Below are positions 36,714 to 49,267 of a stretch of 64,000 nucleotides of DNA, piece by piece. The DNA comes from Octopus bimaculoides (Eukaryota), in contig NC_068995.1 of assembly GCF_001194135.2 (NCBI RefSeq), positions 27,909,116-27,973,115 on the forward strand. The letters are read 5' to 3'. The notes under the pieces were generated by a model, which ran no database searches, was not told where the DNA came from, and worked only from the letters and a program-made list of their open reading frames with translations. Every line of letters begins with the position of its first letter. Position 1 is the stretch's first letter. The translations under genes and the position numbers were made by a program.

Positions 36714-37569
36714 TGTAACAGTAAAGCCAGTGTGGCATTACTTATGTAGGTAAAATCAATGTGACAGTAAAATTGCAATGCAAATGTCAAGTGCATGTTC
36801 ATTTGTAAAGCAGGAGAAATATCAGAAGGCAGTTTAAATTATGACATTGTAATTTATTTGGTAACGGAAAAAAGCTAGCAAGTAGCAAAATATGTGTCCT
36901 GTATGTGTATGTATGTGAGTCAAGGAAACCAAGTAAGTTACATTTGAAAAGAATGCTTTAGTGGTAAGTTGTGATAAGCTAGCAGTTGGAAGCTATTATG
37001 TGTTAGCTGAGACAAGAAGTAATCTCTCATTGTTATAGGTAGTGATGTGTTGTTAAGGACTGACAGTAACATTACTTGCAAAGTGAATTGGATGTCCATG
37101 GAGTGGTTGGCGTGGATAGCTTAAACTAATCAGTAGTTTACTGTGCTAAGTCAGTGAAACAAACAAGCTGTTCATATTGAAGAAATACTGTTAGACGTCA
37201 TCATCCTTTCAATGACTGATCAAGAATAGCTGTTACTTGCGATGAAATTGTCTGATAACTAACTAAAGGTGTGATTACTGCTGGACAGATGCCTACTGTT
37301 TGTATTAATACGAGGCAAGCTCTGATTAGCTGAAATTGCCATAGCACAACCGTGCTAATATGCGACAACAAAATAGAACTTCCTTGACTCACTACAAACA
37401 TTAGGCCATATGTCTTCATAATTGAATTAGACATTGTAAATGGTGCTTGTTTTCAGCTTCGTAGTTATTTACAATAGTTTCCATCATCAGACAAACACTT
37501 GAGTTTTACAGTTGTACTGCAAAAGCTTTTATTTTTCATCTTTTAAAGTACACATTCTATTATTTTCAG

Positions 37570-37833
37570 CTGAAGCAAAAAATTCAAATTTAGAAAGTAA
37601 TGTGGGAGTGATGACTTCAATGGAATTTTATAGCCAAGTGAGCCGCATTCAACGGGAGATGCTTGGGCTACTCCAACGTTTTGTTTTGACTGAGAAAGTG
37701 CTGAAAGTTTTTCAAAACCTTGACACTAAGCCGACTGTTGATGGTAATGATATCAGAGCTGAGATTTCTCTTACCTATAAAAAGGTGATGACCAATGCTG
37801 TAGCTTATTGTCGTTTGCTCATCACAAAATCCA
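37570..37833 (+). CDS. NUP205: Nup205 internal exon J
   Basis: ttttcAG/GTAAGA, 264 nt, phase 1-1. ...MEFYSQVSRIQREMLGLLQRF...VMTNAVAYCRLLITKS resembles MELQGHIGRFQRQCLGLLSRF...ANVMEYCQSL. Confidence 0.92.
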
Positions 37834-38195
37834 GTAAGAGCTCTTATTTTTTGTTTATATATTATCTTTAAAAGTCTACACTATCCCAGTTTCTCCTATT
37901 TTACTTAGAAATGTTTCTGTTAGTTCATTGTCACCCAGTAAATATTGTATGTTTACTTATTTATATAAAGCACTATTTCCATATTTTTTTGACCTGAAAA
38001 TTATGTTTACTCATACATGTGAACTAATTGTTACCCTTTTTTGGAATGGCTTAAGTTATGTTTAGCATCTAAGCTAACTGACGTTTAATGAAGACCTACA
38101 ATCACTATAATAATTTTACATTTTTCTATGATAATGATCCTATAATGAATGTTCATTTTATCTTATACATGTGACTGTCAGGTCATATTCCTTAA

Positions 38196-38414
38196 CCCTT
38201 TAGTATTTAAACTGGCCATGTCAGGCCAAAATATTTAATCTGTTTTATGTTCAAACTGACCAGATCCAGGCTCTCACACCTACCCTACAATGTTATTCTA
38301 CATTAAGTAATTACACCATCAAGATCTTGAAGATGAGATAATGCATGATTAATTCAAATCAATGTGAATCAATAAGCATATTATGTTTGATAGAATAATC
38401 TGAACACTAAAGGG
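38196..38414. mobile_element. piggyBac-type MITE (219 bp) with TTAA duplication
   Basis: TTAA-ccctttagt ... actaaaggg-TTAA. Confidence 0.85.
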
Positions 38415-38804
38415 TTAAAGTTGCTTACTATTTTACTAGCTCATCAAAATAATTCACAAAATATGTAAGACCAAGACTGAAGCAGTAAAATGGTGAAATG
38501 TACATATGCCATGTGTCTCAGTTTGTGAATATATGCTGCTCCAAGAAGTTTTACTTCTTGAAATTTTTGTTTCATTTCCCATTATTGCCTGTTACATTTT
38601 AAAAATTATACTGCTTCTTTTGGAAATTACTCTACATGATGTGTACGTGTGTGTGTGTAAGGAAAAATAAGAAAATGGAGATAAAATTGATAATTGATAA
38701 ACATCAATTATTACTTATTGATTACAAAAAAAGACAATATCTCATCTAACAGTTGTTTCTGTTTGTGGTCAATAAAATTGTCCAAATTTTAGATTCAACT
38801 TTGA

Positions 38805-39005
38805 ACCTTTGTATCTCAGGAATGCTTATTTATTCACCTTGTTTTGAATCAATTATGCATCATCTTTCAGCTTTGAGATTTTCATGATGTGATTGCTTAT
38901 TTTTAGGACATCGTAGAGTAAATTTGAGTGGTTGCATCTGGCTGGTTTGAGCATAAAACAGGGTGAATATTTAGGCTGGATATGGCCAGTTTGAATGCTA
39001 AAGGG
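38805..39005. mobile_element. Second copy of the same MITE, opposite orientation
   Basis: Ends ggccagtttgaatgctaaaggg-TTAA. The body is reverse-complementary to 38196-38414. Confidence 0.75.
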
Positions 39006-39159
39006 TTAAAGATAACATAATGGAATTATTAGAGGTTTTTTTTAACACTATTGGACTCTACTTTATGCAAGAAAAATGTTGATTACTCTCCTAGCTCAAC
39101 AGAAGAATCGTGACGAAGTTGTTCATGGATGAAAATGACATTTTCATAAATAATTAATC

Positions 39160-40400
39160 TTAGCTCAGGATTAGGAGCTCATAAAGGATTGGAATAAAGT
39201 TTGAGTAGAAGTTTCAAGCTTTATTTCAAAGTGCCAGAGACAATCCTGTCCAAAATCCTACTTGTTAGGCATCAACAGTTGCCCCACTCTTTTGGCAATG
39301 ACTTCCTTAACCCTCTTCCTGACTGCACCACAAGCTTTCTTAATGAATTCTTCATCAATGTCCTTGTTCTATAGATGGAGATTTTGAGGTCTTGCAGGTC
39401 ACTGTGGGCTTCTCACAAGCTTTTCTGACTAGTTCATTGCAGATGCTGAAGTCTAAAGGTTTCAAATCAGGTGTTGAAGGGGGCCAAGTGTCCTTATCCA
39501 AAAACCTGTTCCCAAACTCATCGCTGAGAAATTTTGATCCACTGCACTTGTGTGACAAGGAGCTCCATCTGATGGAATGTAAACTTGCAGTCCTTAGCAA
39601 TCTTGTTGAGGTTTCCCTCATCTCTTGCCTCAGGATATTCAGAAAGAATCCATGTCTTTACAGCTTTCAAAATTTGAATATAACAAATTCTTGTCAGTCT
39701 CTCAGCCTTCTCAAACATGAGAGGCCACACAAGTGAAAATCATCACTTTTGCAGGGTTTTTGCACCTGAAAATGATATTTTTGGCTCTCCCATGAGGATC
39801 TGAAGCCAGAACATGGCTGTTGCATCTGTTTGTGTGCATATCTTGGGTGCAAGTCTTCTCATCTGTATGTTTTACTTTGTTCAAGATGATCTTCACTTTC
39901 TCCAACCTTCTAACTTTTTGTCCTGGAGTAACAAGGTGCCTCACAAATCTCATGTACAATTTCATTTTGAAGTCTTCTGTCATCGCTCTTTGAACTGTCA
40001 TAGCTAAAACTCTTCTCTCACATGCCAAGCATTTTATAGACTGAGTTGGATCTCTTCTGATTGACCTCTCAGCTCCAGATTGAAATGATAATCCTTCTTG
40101 CAATTATGACCTCCTGATCCAGTTTTCCTCTCCATTATTCCCTCTTTCTCAAACTTATTCACAATTCTCTTGATGTTTCTTGAATGAACTTTGAAGATGG
40201 AAGGCAGAGAATGAAATTTGGTAACATTACTGAAGGCTTGGATGATCTTAGTCCTCTCAACATTGTTCAGTTGGGAGGACATGGTGAGGCTGGCATGAAA
40301 TGATTTCAACCTGTTCTCTTTCCAGCTAAATATCTTAATGAGTATTTCATTGATTCTCACAAAAAACTGGTGTCAGTATGGTCAGATGTCTTATCTGGAA
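39160..40400 (-). mobile_element. Tc1/mariner-superfamily transposase pseudogene (maT/DD37D-like by motif)
   Basis: Minus strand: IVNKFEKEGIMERKTGSGG, KNPAKVMIF, DGAPCHTS, KDTWPPSTPDLKPLDFSI. Termini not found. Confidence 0.75.
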
Positions 40401-40455
40401 AACAGAAAATTGCAAATTGATTAGTTTATTTGTTTTAAGTTTATATATATATATA

Positions 40456-40692
40456 CTGGGCTGGTGCATAATCATAGTGGCTTTCTTTTTCAACAAATTT
40501 TATTCAACAAAAGCAATAACAACATGTAACAAAAACATCTTTAAATGATTATTCCAGAGTATATTCACCTTCTACTTCAATTACTGCTTCCCATTTGCTT
40601 GGCAGATGGTCAGACCATCATTTAAAGATGTTATTGTTTTTGTTGAATAAAATTTGTTGAAAAAAAGCCACAATAATTATGCACCAACCCTA
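40456..40692. mobile_element. Mariner-derived MITE
   Basis: TA-ctgggctggtgcataat ... attatgcaccaacccta-TA inverted termini. Confidence 0.7.
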
Positions 40693-41462
40693 TATGNNNN
40701 NNNNNNNNNNNNNNNNNNNNNNNNNNNNNNNNNNNNNNNNNNNNNNNNNNNNNNNNNNNNNNNNNNNNNNNNNNNNNNNNNNNNNNNNNNNNNNNNNNNN
40801 NNNNNNNNNNNNNNNNNNNNNNNNNNNNNNNNNNNNNNNNNNNNNNNNNNNNNNNNNNNNNNNNNNNNNNNNNNNNNNNNNNNNNNNNNNNNNNNNNNNN
40901 NNNNNNNNNNNNNNNNNNNNNNNNNNNNNNNNNNNNNNNNNNNNNNNNNNNNNNNNNNNNNNNNNNNNNNNNNNNNNNNNNNNNNNNNNNNNNNNNNNNN
41001 NNNNNNNNNNNNNNNNNNNNNNNNNNNNNNNNNNNNNNNNNNNNNNNNNNNNNNNNNNNNNNNNNNNNNNNNNNNNNNNNNNNNNNNNNNNNNNNNNNNN
41101 NNNNNNNNNNNNNNNNNNNNNNNNNNNNNNNNNNNNNNNNNNNNNNNNNNNNNNNNNNNNNNNNNNNNNNNNNNNNNNNNNNNNNNNNNNNNNNNNNNNN
41201 NNNNNNNNNNNNNNNNNNNNNNNNNNNNNNNNNNNNNNNNNNNNNNNNNNNNNNNNNNNNNNNNNNNNNNNNNNNNNNNNNNNNNNNNNNNNNNNNNNNN
41301 NNNNNNNNNNNNNNNNNNNNNNNNNNNNNNNNNNNNNNNNNNNNNNNNNNNNNNNNNNNNNNNNNNNNNNNNNNNNNNNNNNNNNNNNNNNNNNNNNNNN
41401 NNNNNNNNNNNNNNNNNNNNNNNNNNNNNNNNNNNNNNNNNNNNNNNNNNNNNNNNNNNNNN

Positions 41463-42489
41463 AGTACTGTTCTGACTTCATCTACAGAATTCATACTTTT
41501 TCTGTCCAAATGGTTTTAAAGACTGCAGAATAAATGATAATCAGATGGGGCAATGTCCGGGAATAGGGTGGGTGGGGCATTGTTTCCCATTCAAACTGCT
41601 CCAGCCTTTGGAATCTAATCCTTGCTGTATGGTTGTTTTTCTTCTAGCGCTGACTTAAGCTGCTTGCAGTAGATCTCTTTTGTTATTGTTTGGTTTGGGT
41701 TTAAAAGTTCTAAGTGGACTAAACCTTTTGTATCCCACCAAACAGATAACAACATCTTACATGGGTGAAGACCTTCTTTAATCTGGGGTGGCAGTGTTCT
41801 CCTTTCCCTACCAACTGTCTTTAGCACTTGACATTTTTATAGAGAACCCATTTCTCATTACCAGTCAATATTCAGTTCAAAAAATGGTTCATTCATGAGA
41901 CATGACAGCAAAGAAGAGCACATATTCACTCTCTGTGCGCGATTAGACTCGGAAAGTTTGTGAAGAACCCATTGATCCAATTTGCTGATTTCTCCAATGG
42001 CACACAGGTGTTGATGAATGGTTGAATGACCAAATCCAAGCTTCTTTGCTAATTCCTCAACAGTTACGATGAGATTTTGTTCCATCACGGTTTGCAGGAC
42101 GTCCTGCAAACCTTCCAGATCTTCCAGGACAAGGCTTGTCTTCTAGGCTGTAGTTTCTAGCTTGGAATTTCTGGAACCATCGTTGACACTGGCTTATGAT
42201 TATTGTCTGACCCTCATATACTGCATTAATATTCCTCACACTTTTTGTTGCATTGTTGCCTTTATTGAACTCATAAAGCAAAATATGCTTCTTTGTCACT
42301 TCCATTATAGCTTTGAAAAAATAACTGTTAAAATCGAACTGCATTCCTCAAAACTTGCACTAAGAATAAGGACAAGGTAAAATTATTACCTGCTTTTATA
42401 GCAAGTTGATGCAGTTATTTTATCCCGTCTCCCTCCGACTTTTATTTAATGCAATTGAAAAAAATCACATTATTTATGGGATGACCCAA
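41463..42489 (-). mobile_element. Mariner element (5' TIR plus degenerate transposase), cut by a gap
   Basis: Minus-strand TIR ttgggtcatcccataaataat. Reading HILLYEFNKGNNAT...QRWFQKF...LEDKPCPGR...LHPCKMLLSVWWD. Confidence 0.85.
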
Positions 42490-44481
42490 TATTCTTCTAA
42501 AAACGTGTCAAAATAGACAACAGAATGCAGCTATTTTTCCTTTTTACATGAGCTGTATTTTATGTCACTTATACAAATTATAATTTACTAATTTTATAAA
42601 AATCGATAGAAATGCAATATTTTCTCCCAATATCTAAATCATTTTTATAATTCCTACTCTGTCAATTTTTAAGAAATTGTTTTGTATTTGTTGGTAGATA
42701 TATGTCAGTATGTAAGATAGTGGTTATAGTAAAAATTCACTTAGATAGTGTATAGAAACTGTTCTGAATGTACACTTTTACTAGTTCCAACTCAAGAGCT
42801 GTAACCATGATTATTTTTTTAGTCTAGAGATAAAGGGTAGAACATATGGTCATTTCAAATCCTTCCAGACTGATGAGGTCAGTGCAGATAATATTCAGCT
42901 TGAATTTCATTTGCTAAAACATAGCAGGTAAAGGATTACAGCCTGCTTTTCTAGATGTACAAGTACAAATAAAGTGTTTAGTGTAGATTTTTGTAATTGT
43001 GGCATAATAAGGACAAAAGGAGAAAAAGATGTGAATTGGGTGAGTTTGGTACACTGTCTTGGGCAATGGAAACTGTTGTAATGATAGAACTGTAAGAGAG
43101 ACTTTACTGGTTGTGTACATATCATTGTGCTGTGTCAGTGATAGCTTGTCATTTGAACCAATGCCCTTTTTTATATAGTCTGTACAGTAGTTGTTCTCTG
43201 CCAGATTAGTTAACAGTACTCTAATATGAAATGCACTTGTGATTTATAGATCAGGAATTGTTGTTCAAACTTGAAGCATCTTCTGAGTTAGTCTTTGATA
43301 TGCGTTTTCAGTGATGTAAGAAATATGTGGTTTCCATGAAAGGCTTAACACTTGCAAACTTTGTGAAGTTCTGAGATGACCATTTTTAGAAAGCCTAGTG
43401 TTGTAGTTATGCTTTCATGATATATATAATGACTGTGCATTGCTCCTGCTGCTGAAGGCTAGGTTATGTCCTGACATGAATTGTCAAAATCATCGATGTG
43501 GAGTACATAACCAAGCTGGGCTGTACAGAAGTGGTTGCAAAATAGGCAGTAAAAGTATGACCACTAGTTTTGGGATATGGTCTGTCATTACATCTCTATA
43601 GAAACTTGGATAAATTTAACAATTTAAAATTTACATTTTCTCCTTAACCAAAAATCCACTTCTCAGTGTTTTAGCCATATACTTATACTTGCATACATGC
43701 ATGCATGAGACAAACAGACAAAGATGCAAACAAGTTGGCACCATCAACATCAGACATGCATGTGTAGGGATATGTTTAAAATTTCTTTTTGAACGTTTTC
43801 TTCTATATTATTGTCAACTCCTCCAGCCTAAGTCAGTAACTGGTTTATGTCTCCTATTACAAGAGAAATACCTTTTACTTACCAACATTATTCAGACCGG
43901 ATATTTAAAAATATACCCTACACCATGTGGAATTTTGCTAACATGGTCATGGCTGAAATGAAAACAGCACTAGTAAGCTATCTGAGAAAACAAATACTCC
44001 GCTACAAGATGTATTTTGATGCTATGAAAAAAGCCATGAAGGCCCTTCTATCGGATATATGAAGTGGTTAAAAAAATACCACGATGAAGCTCACTCCAAC
44101 TTAAGCATATTTGCCTCAAAACAATTTCAGCAACAAGCATCTTCCTATGAAAATAAAATGGCTTGCTCTTGTGATGTAAATCAATATTCTCAAAACACTG
44201 AGAACTAGCCAAAACCTGCCAGAAGAGAAATCAAAATAATATAAACCAACTGTCACTAGATTTTTATGTCTCTCCAAATGTAGCTGAGTCAACAAAGACA
44301 ACTGTGGAATACATTCAACTTAAAAAAAACCCTGAAAACACAGTTCATAGAAAACTTTTCAACTTTTTCAAAATTATTGTTACTTAAGTAACAGCCCATT
44401 CTTAATAAGATTGAAAATAATCCAACAGCCCTGATGTTGAAAGTTATTGATAATGTCACTGGAGAGTACGTAGAATCATGT

Positions 44482-47400
44482 TGTAGGCCACTGCCCAAGG
44501 ATTTATGAGACAAACTGTAGACAGGAACTTTGCTGCAGGCTAGCTAAGGAGCTGGTCTATGGTGAAGTTAACCTCCAGTTAAGCGGGCTTCTATGAGGTA
44601 GAAGTGATTGGCAGCTGTTGCCCTGATGTATTTCACTGAATAAATTTTTCTTTATTTGTGCATAGCTTAACTAAAGCTATAGCTGGTGACCCTGCAGAAG
44701 AACAACAGCTTTCACTTCACACATCAAAGTAAACAGAAAATCAAAGAAACATGGTAAGCGATTACACAACAGCAGTGAAGCTACCACAATTCTGTCCAAA
44801 GTGGGCTGAGCTATGGTTCGTGCAGGTAGAAGCGCAATTTAACATATGCAAAATAACTTCAGACCTAATGAAATATCCTTATGTAGTAGCAACACTAGAT
44901 GAGGACATGGAAACAAGGGTGCTAGATATTTTAACCCAAACCCCAGCAACAAAAAAGACAGGCTGGTAGATACATTCCGGCAGAGCAAGCGGGAAGTGGC
45001 AGCCAAGATACTGGAGGAGGAATTAGGCAATTCTAAGCCTTCAGAGTTGATGGACAAAATGTTGTCATTAGTTCCCCCCTGGTGAGTCACCTTCCTTTTT
45101 GTTTAAGAAAATATTCCTCTGCAATTTACCACCCCAGGTCCAGGTTCTTATAACTCAGACTGAAATGAAAGACCTGTGGCAGTTAGCAAAAGCAGCTGAC
45201 AAACATTTTCTATCCAGTGACGTTATGGTTAACACCATAGGGTCGGCCCCGAGACCTGGTAGAGTTAAGCAAGACAACCTATGCTTCTACCATACAAAGT
45301 TTACAAAGTTTGGGAAAAAGGCTATGAAGTGCAAACAACCATGTAGCTTCAGGACCCCTTGGTTATTGACTCCGGCAAACTCCAGGGCTGGCTGCCATTG
45401 AATACTCTGGTGGCTGGCAGACACAATCAACTGCTCCTCTATGACCACAATCAGAACTCCAGGTGTAGATTCCTAATTGACACGGGAGCAGAAGTCAGCA
45501 TCATCCCAGCATTGGCAAGGTACTTCCGTTATGGAAAGCAGGGCCAACCTTTAACAACCGGTAACAGTTCCACAATCGAGGCGTATGATTGCCGCACATT
45601 TTCTCTCAACATGAGCATTCACCACCGCTGATGTCCATTATCAGGGCAGACTTTCTTCAAGCACACTTGCTACTAGTTGATTTACAGGTGAGACAACTCA
45701 TCAACAGCAACACATACACTCCCGTGTCTCTGGCAACATCTGCGCATGCCACGCTCTGCATAGCAACTGTCTCTAAGACAGAGAATGAATTCTTGGATCA
45801 TCTTACAAGTTGCTCCAATCTCACTATTCCAACATTCTCCAAACCTACAGCCCACCATGGAGTGACTTCCCCCCATGCACAGTTGCGCACATCATCTATC
45901 ACCAGACAGGCTTGCTATCACAAAGGCCACATTTAACAATATGGAGGTGTTGGGCATAGTTTGCCGATCAAGCAGTCCCAGGCCATCGCCCCTGCATGTA
46001 GCACCGAAACGCAATGGAGGTTGGCATCTTTGCAGAGATTACTGCCATCTCAATGCAGACACAACACCCAACCACTACCCCATTCTGCACATACAGGACT
46101 TCTCAGCCCAGCTAGCTGGGTGCTCAGTTTTCTCGAAGGTCAACCTCATCTGAGGTTACTACCAACTACCAGTACTAGATAACAATGTACTGAAAACTGC
46201 TGTGATCACTCCTTTTGGTCAGTTGGATTTCTACATACACCTTTTGGCTTGAAAAATGCAGTACAATCCTTCCAACACTTGATGGACATTGTGTGTAGAG
46301 GTCTTGATTTTGTCTTTGCAAACTTAGATGATATCCTAATCATAAGCCAAAATAGGGAGCTACACAAGAAGCACCTAGTTTCTTTTTTTTTTTGATAGAC
46401 TGGAACAGTATGGTCTAGTAATCAGCCCCGCCAAGTGTGTTTTTGGTGTTAATGAAATCGACTTCCTAGGACATCGAATTACGGGCATTGGTGCTATACT
46501 GCCAGAAAAAGTGAAAGCTATCTTATCGTTTTCACACCCCACCACAAGCAAGACCCTACACCAATTTCTGGGCATGGTAAACTTTTACCATTGCTTCATC
46601 CCTTCTGCAGCAAGATTGATGAGACCCCTATACAAGCCACTTTCAAAAGATGGTCCAAAAAGACAGGCTGAGTGGGACAGTGCAATGACCTCAGCCTTCA
46701 AATACACAAAACAAGCCCTGGCTAAAGCAACCATGCTGTCCCATCCTCATATGTCAATTTAGACTGCACTCACAATCGATGCCTCCAACACAGCCATTGG
46801 GGGTGTTTTGGAACAATGCATCAATCGTCAGTAGCAACCATGTGCTTTCTTCAGTTGACAACTACGACCTCCCGAACAGAAATACTGTGCTTTTGACAGG
46901 GAACTGCTGGCTGTCTATCTAGGTATCCGCCACTTTCGCTATTGTTTTGAAGACTGCACGTTTACAGTCTTCACAGACCACAAACTACTCATCTTTGCTA
47001 TGAACAAGCTCTCAGAGCTGTGGTCTGCACACCAGCGATGACAACTATTGGCGATTTCTGAGTACACCACGGACATCCAACACATAACTGGAAAAGGCAA
47101 CCCAGTCGCCAATGCACTCTCTTGTATCCCTACCTGCTCTCACACCTACCTAACCTCAATAACGGAAGGCCTGGATTATGAGGCTTTGGCTGCAGCCCAA
47201 CCAACAGATGAGAAGATCAGGTCCTACCGCACTACCATCATGTTACTTTCCTTGCAGGATATGCACTTTGGCTCCAATGGCACAACCCTACTGTGATGTA
47301 TCCACTGGGAAGCCACAACCAATCATCCCATTAGCCTGGCGTAGGAAGGTTTTCAACGTCATTCATGAACTCTCCCACCCGGGTACTAGAGCCACACAGC

Positions 47401-48676
47401 GCTTGCTGTCAAGCAAATTCACCTAGCACAGTATGGCCAAGCAAATTGAGGAGTGGACCAAGACCTGCATCCCCTGTCAACAAGCCAAGGTCTGTCAGCA
47501 CACCAAAGTATCCTTTGGCAACTATGAACCACCTAGGCCTGTTTCAACCACGTCAGCATTAACCTTTTCAGCCCCCTACCACCTTCACAGGGTTACTCAT
47601 ACCTACTGACCTTGGTAGACTGCTACACTCATTGGCCTGAGGCTATCCCTCTCCACAGCACGGAAACACAAGAAGTTAGCCAAGCCTTCAAAACAAACTA
47701 GGTTACCCCTTTCAATGTTCCAGACAGCATCTCATCTGATGATGTTCCACAATTCACCTCAAATCTGTGGAATGATGTGTGATCTTTTTGGAATCGCAAT
47801 GAAGCACACCACAGTCTACCATCCACAGGCCAACAGATTAGTGGAAAGATTTCACTGCCACCTGAAGGAATCCTTTACAACCAGACTTAATGGACCCAAT
47901 TGAATTGATCAACTTCCATGGGTGATGCTGGGAATCTGCACTGCCTCAAAGGAAAATCTCGACACTTCTTCTGTGGAAATGGCATATAGTGCCTCTCTTA
48001 CAGTGCCAGGAGAGTTCCTTCTGAACACAAAGTCAGATTCAGATATCAAAAGGTACCTCACGGAACTCAGAGACAGTGTGGGCCAGTTGCGCCCGACTCC
48101 CATGTCAACACATAGTACGCCTAGATCATCCATACCAAATGACCACTCCACAGCTAACTTCATGTTCATTCAGCATGACACGACGAAGACCCCTCCAGTC
48201 ACTCTACCATGGCCCATACAAAGTTATATGTCCAGGCGACAAATCATTCCAACTCCTAATTGGCAGACAAGATACAGTTTCCATCGATAGGTTGAAACCG
48301 GCCCATATTGATATTGACTGCCCCAGCCAAGTAGCTCAACCACCAAACAGGCCACTCCAGACAAATCACATCACCCCTTGGCAAGGAACAATCACCAAAG
48401 AGCTGAGTAACCACACACAGTTAAAACGCCTTCCCGGTTCCAATGACAGTCAACAGTTCTGGAGAGGAGGTATATGTAGAGCAAGGATTTATGACAGACG
48501 AACTGTAGACAGGAACTTCACTGTGGGCTAGCTGGGGAGCTGGTCTTCAGTGAAGTTAGCTTTTAGGCAGTAGTGACTGGCAGCTGTCACCCTCATGTAT
48601 TTCACTGAATAAATCTTTCAGTAACACATTCTGGGTCTCTATTAATTTTTTTGTGTATAGCTTAACTAAAGCTATA
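44482..48676 (+). mobile_element. Full-length Gypsy LTR retrotransposon (degenerate), LTRs 44482-44681 and 48475-48676, TSD ATGT
   Basis: ATGT at 44478-81 and 48677-80. PBS TGGTGACCC; PPT ggagaggagg. gag KLPQF...WFVQVEAQF, protease FLIDTGAEVSII, RT LDDILI, RNase H FDRELLAVY, integrase HHPQANRLVERFH. Confidence 0.93.
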
Positions 48677-48707
48677 ATGTGATATTAATTACTGGAATAT
48701 TAATATC

Positions 48708-48758
<51 letters not shown>

Positions 48759-49267
48759 CTACTATCACTCTTAAAGAACACCTGAGAAATCTGCAGAATA
48801 CATGGTAATGAATCTATTAAATGGAAGCAGCCTAACTGGGAAACAAACACTATATTGGATGGTTAACCATGATAATAAAATGTAAGAGGAATAATGAGTT
48901 TACACCTCGTCAACTATATTTTATGGATAAATTAAAACTCTATGGTGACTCTTCACACCAAACTCTTGAGGGAAGGTTAATTACTCTAAAACACAAACTC
49001 AGGGTGCGAAACGAAAATCTTCTCTATACCATAGGCAAAATTTTGAACAAGCATGTATAAATCACTAGTTTGCTTCTAACCCACAGATATTATGCAATGA
49101 TTAGGAAGGAAAATATTACCATTAAGAAAGCTCCCTTTCAAGACATTGAAGCATTGTGGTTGAAAATCTAGAATGAAAAGAGGCATTTCAACCTTAATGC
49201 ATCATGGGGAGAACACCGTACCAACATCGGCAGTGTTTTAGATCAGGATGCCCACATTAAGTTGGAA

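Noticed and set aside
10658-41533. Long ORFs in the track (e.g. 10658-11437, 17590-18243, 27770-28312, 40631-41533)
   Set aside because: They are open only because they run through N gaps.
42870-42876. Other CTGATGA hammerhead-core matches (also 9009, 50679)
   Set aside because: No paired stem II followed by GAAA. The 50679 match is inside the Dong-like RT coding sequence.
43250-43315. Phase 1-1 candidate for the missing NUP205 exon (QELLFKLEASSELVFDMRFQ*)
   Set aside because: It has an in-frame TGA, a weak acceptor and no convincing similarity.
43847-44062. 71-aa ORF that looks like a nested gene
   Set aside because: It is better explained as an alternative frame over the degenerate 5' end of the Dong/R4-like element.
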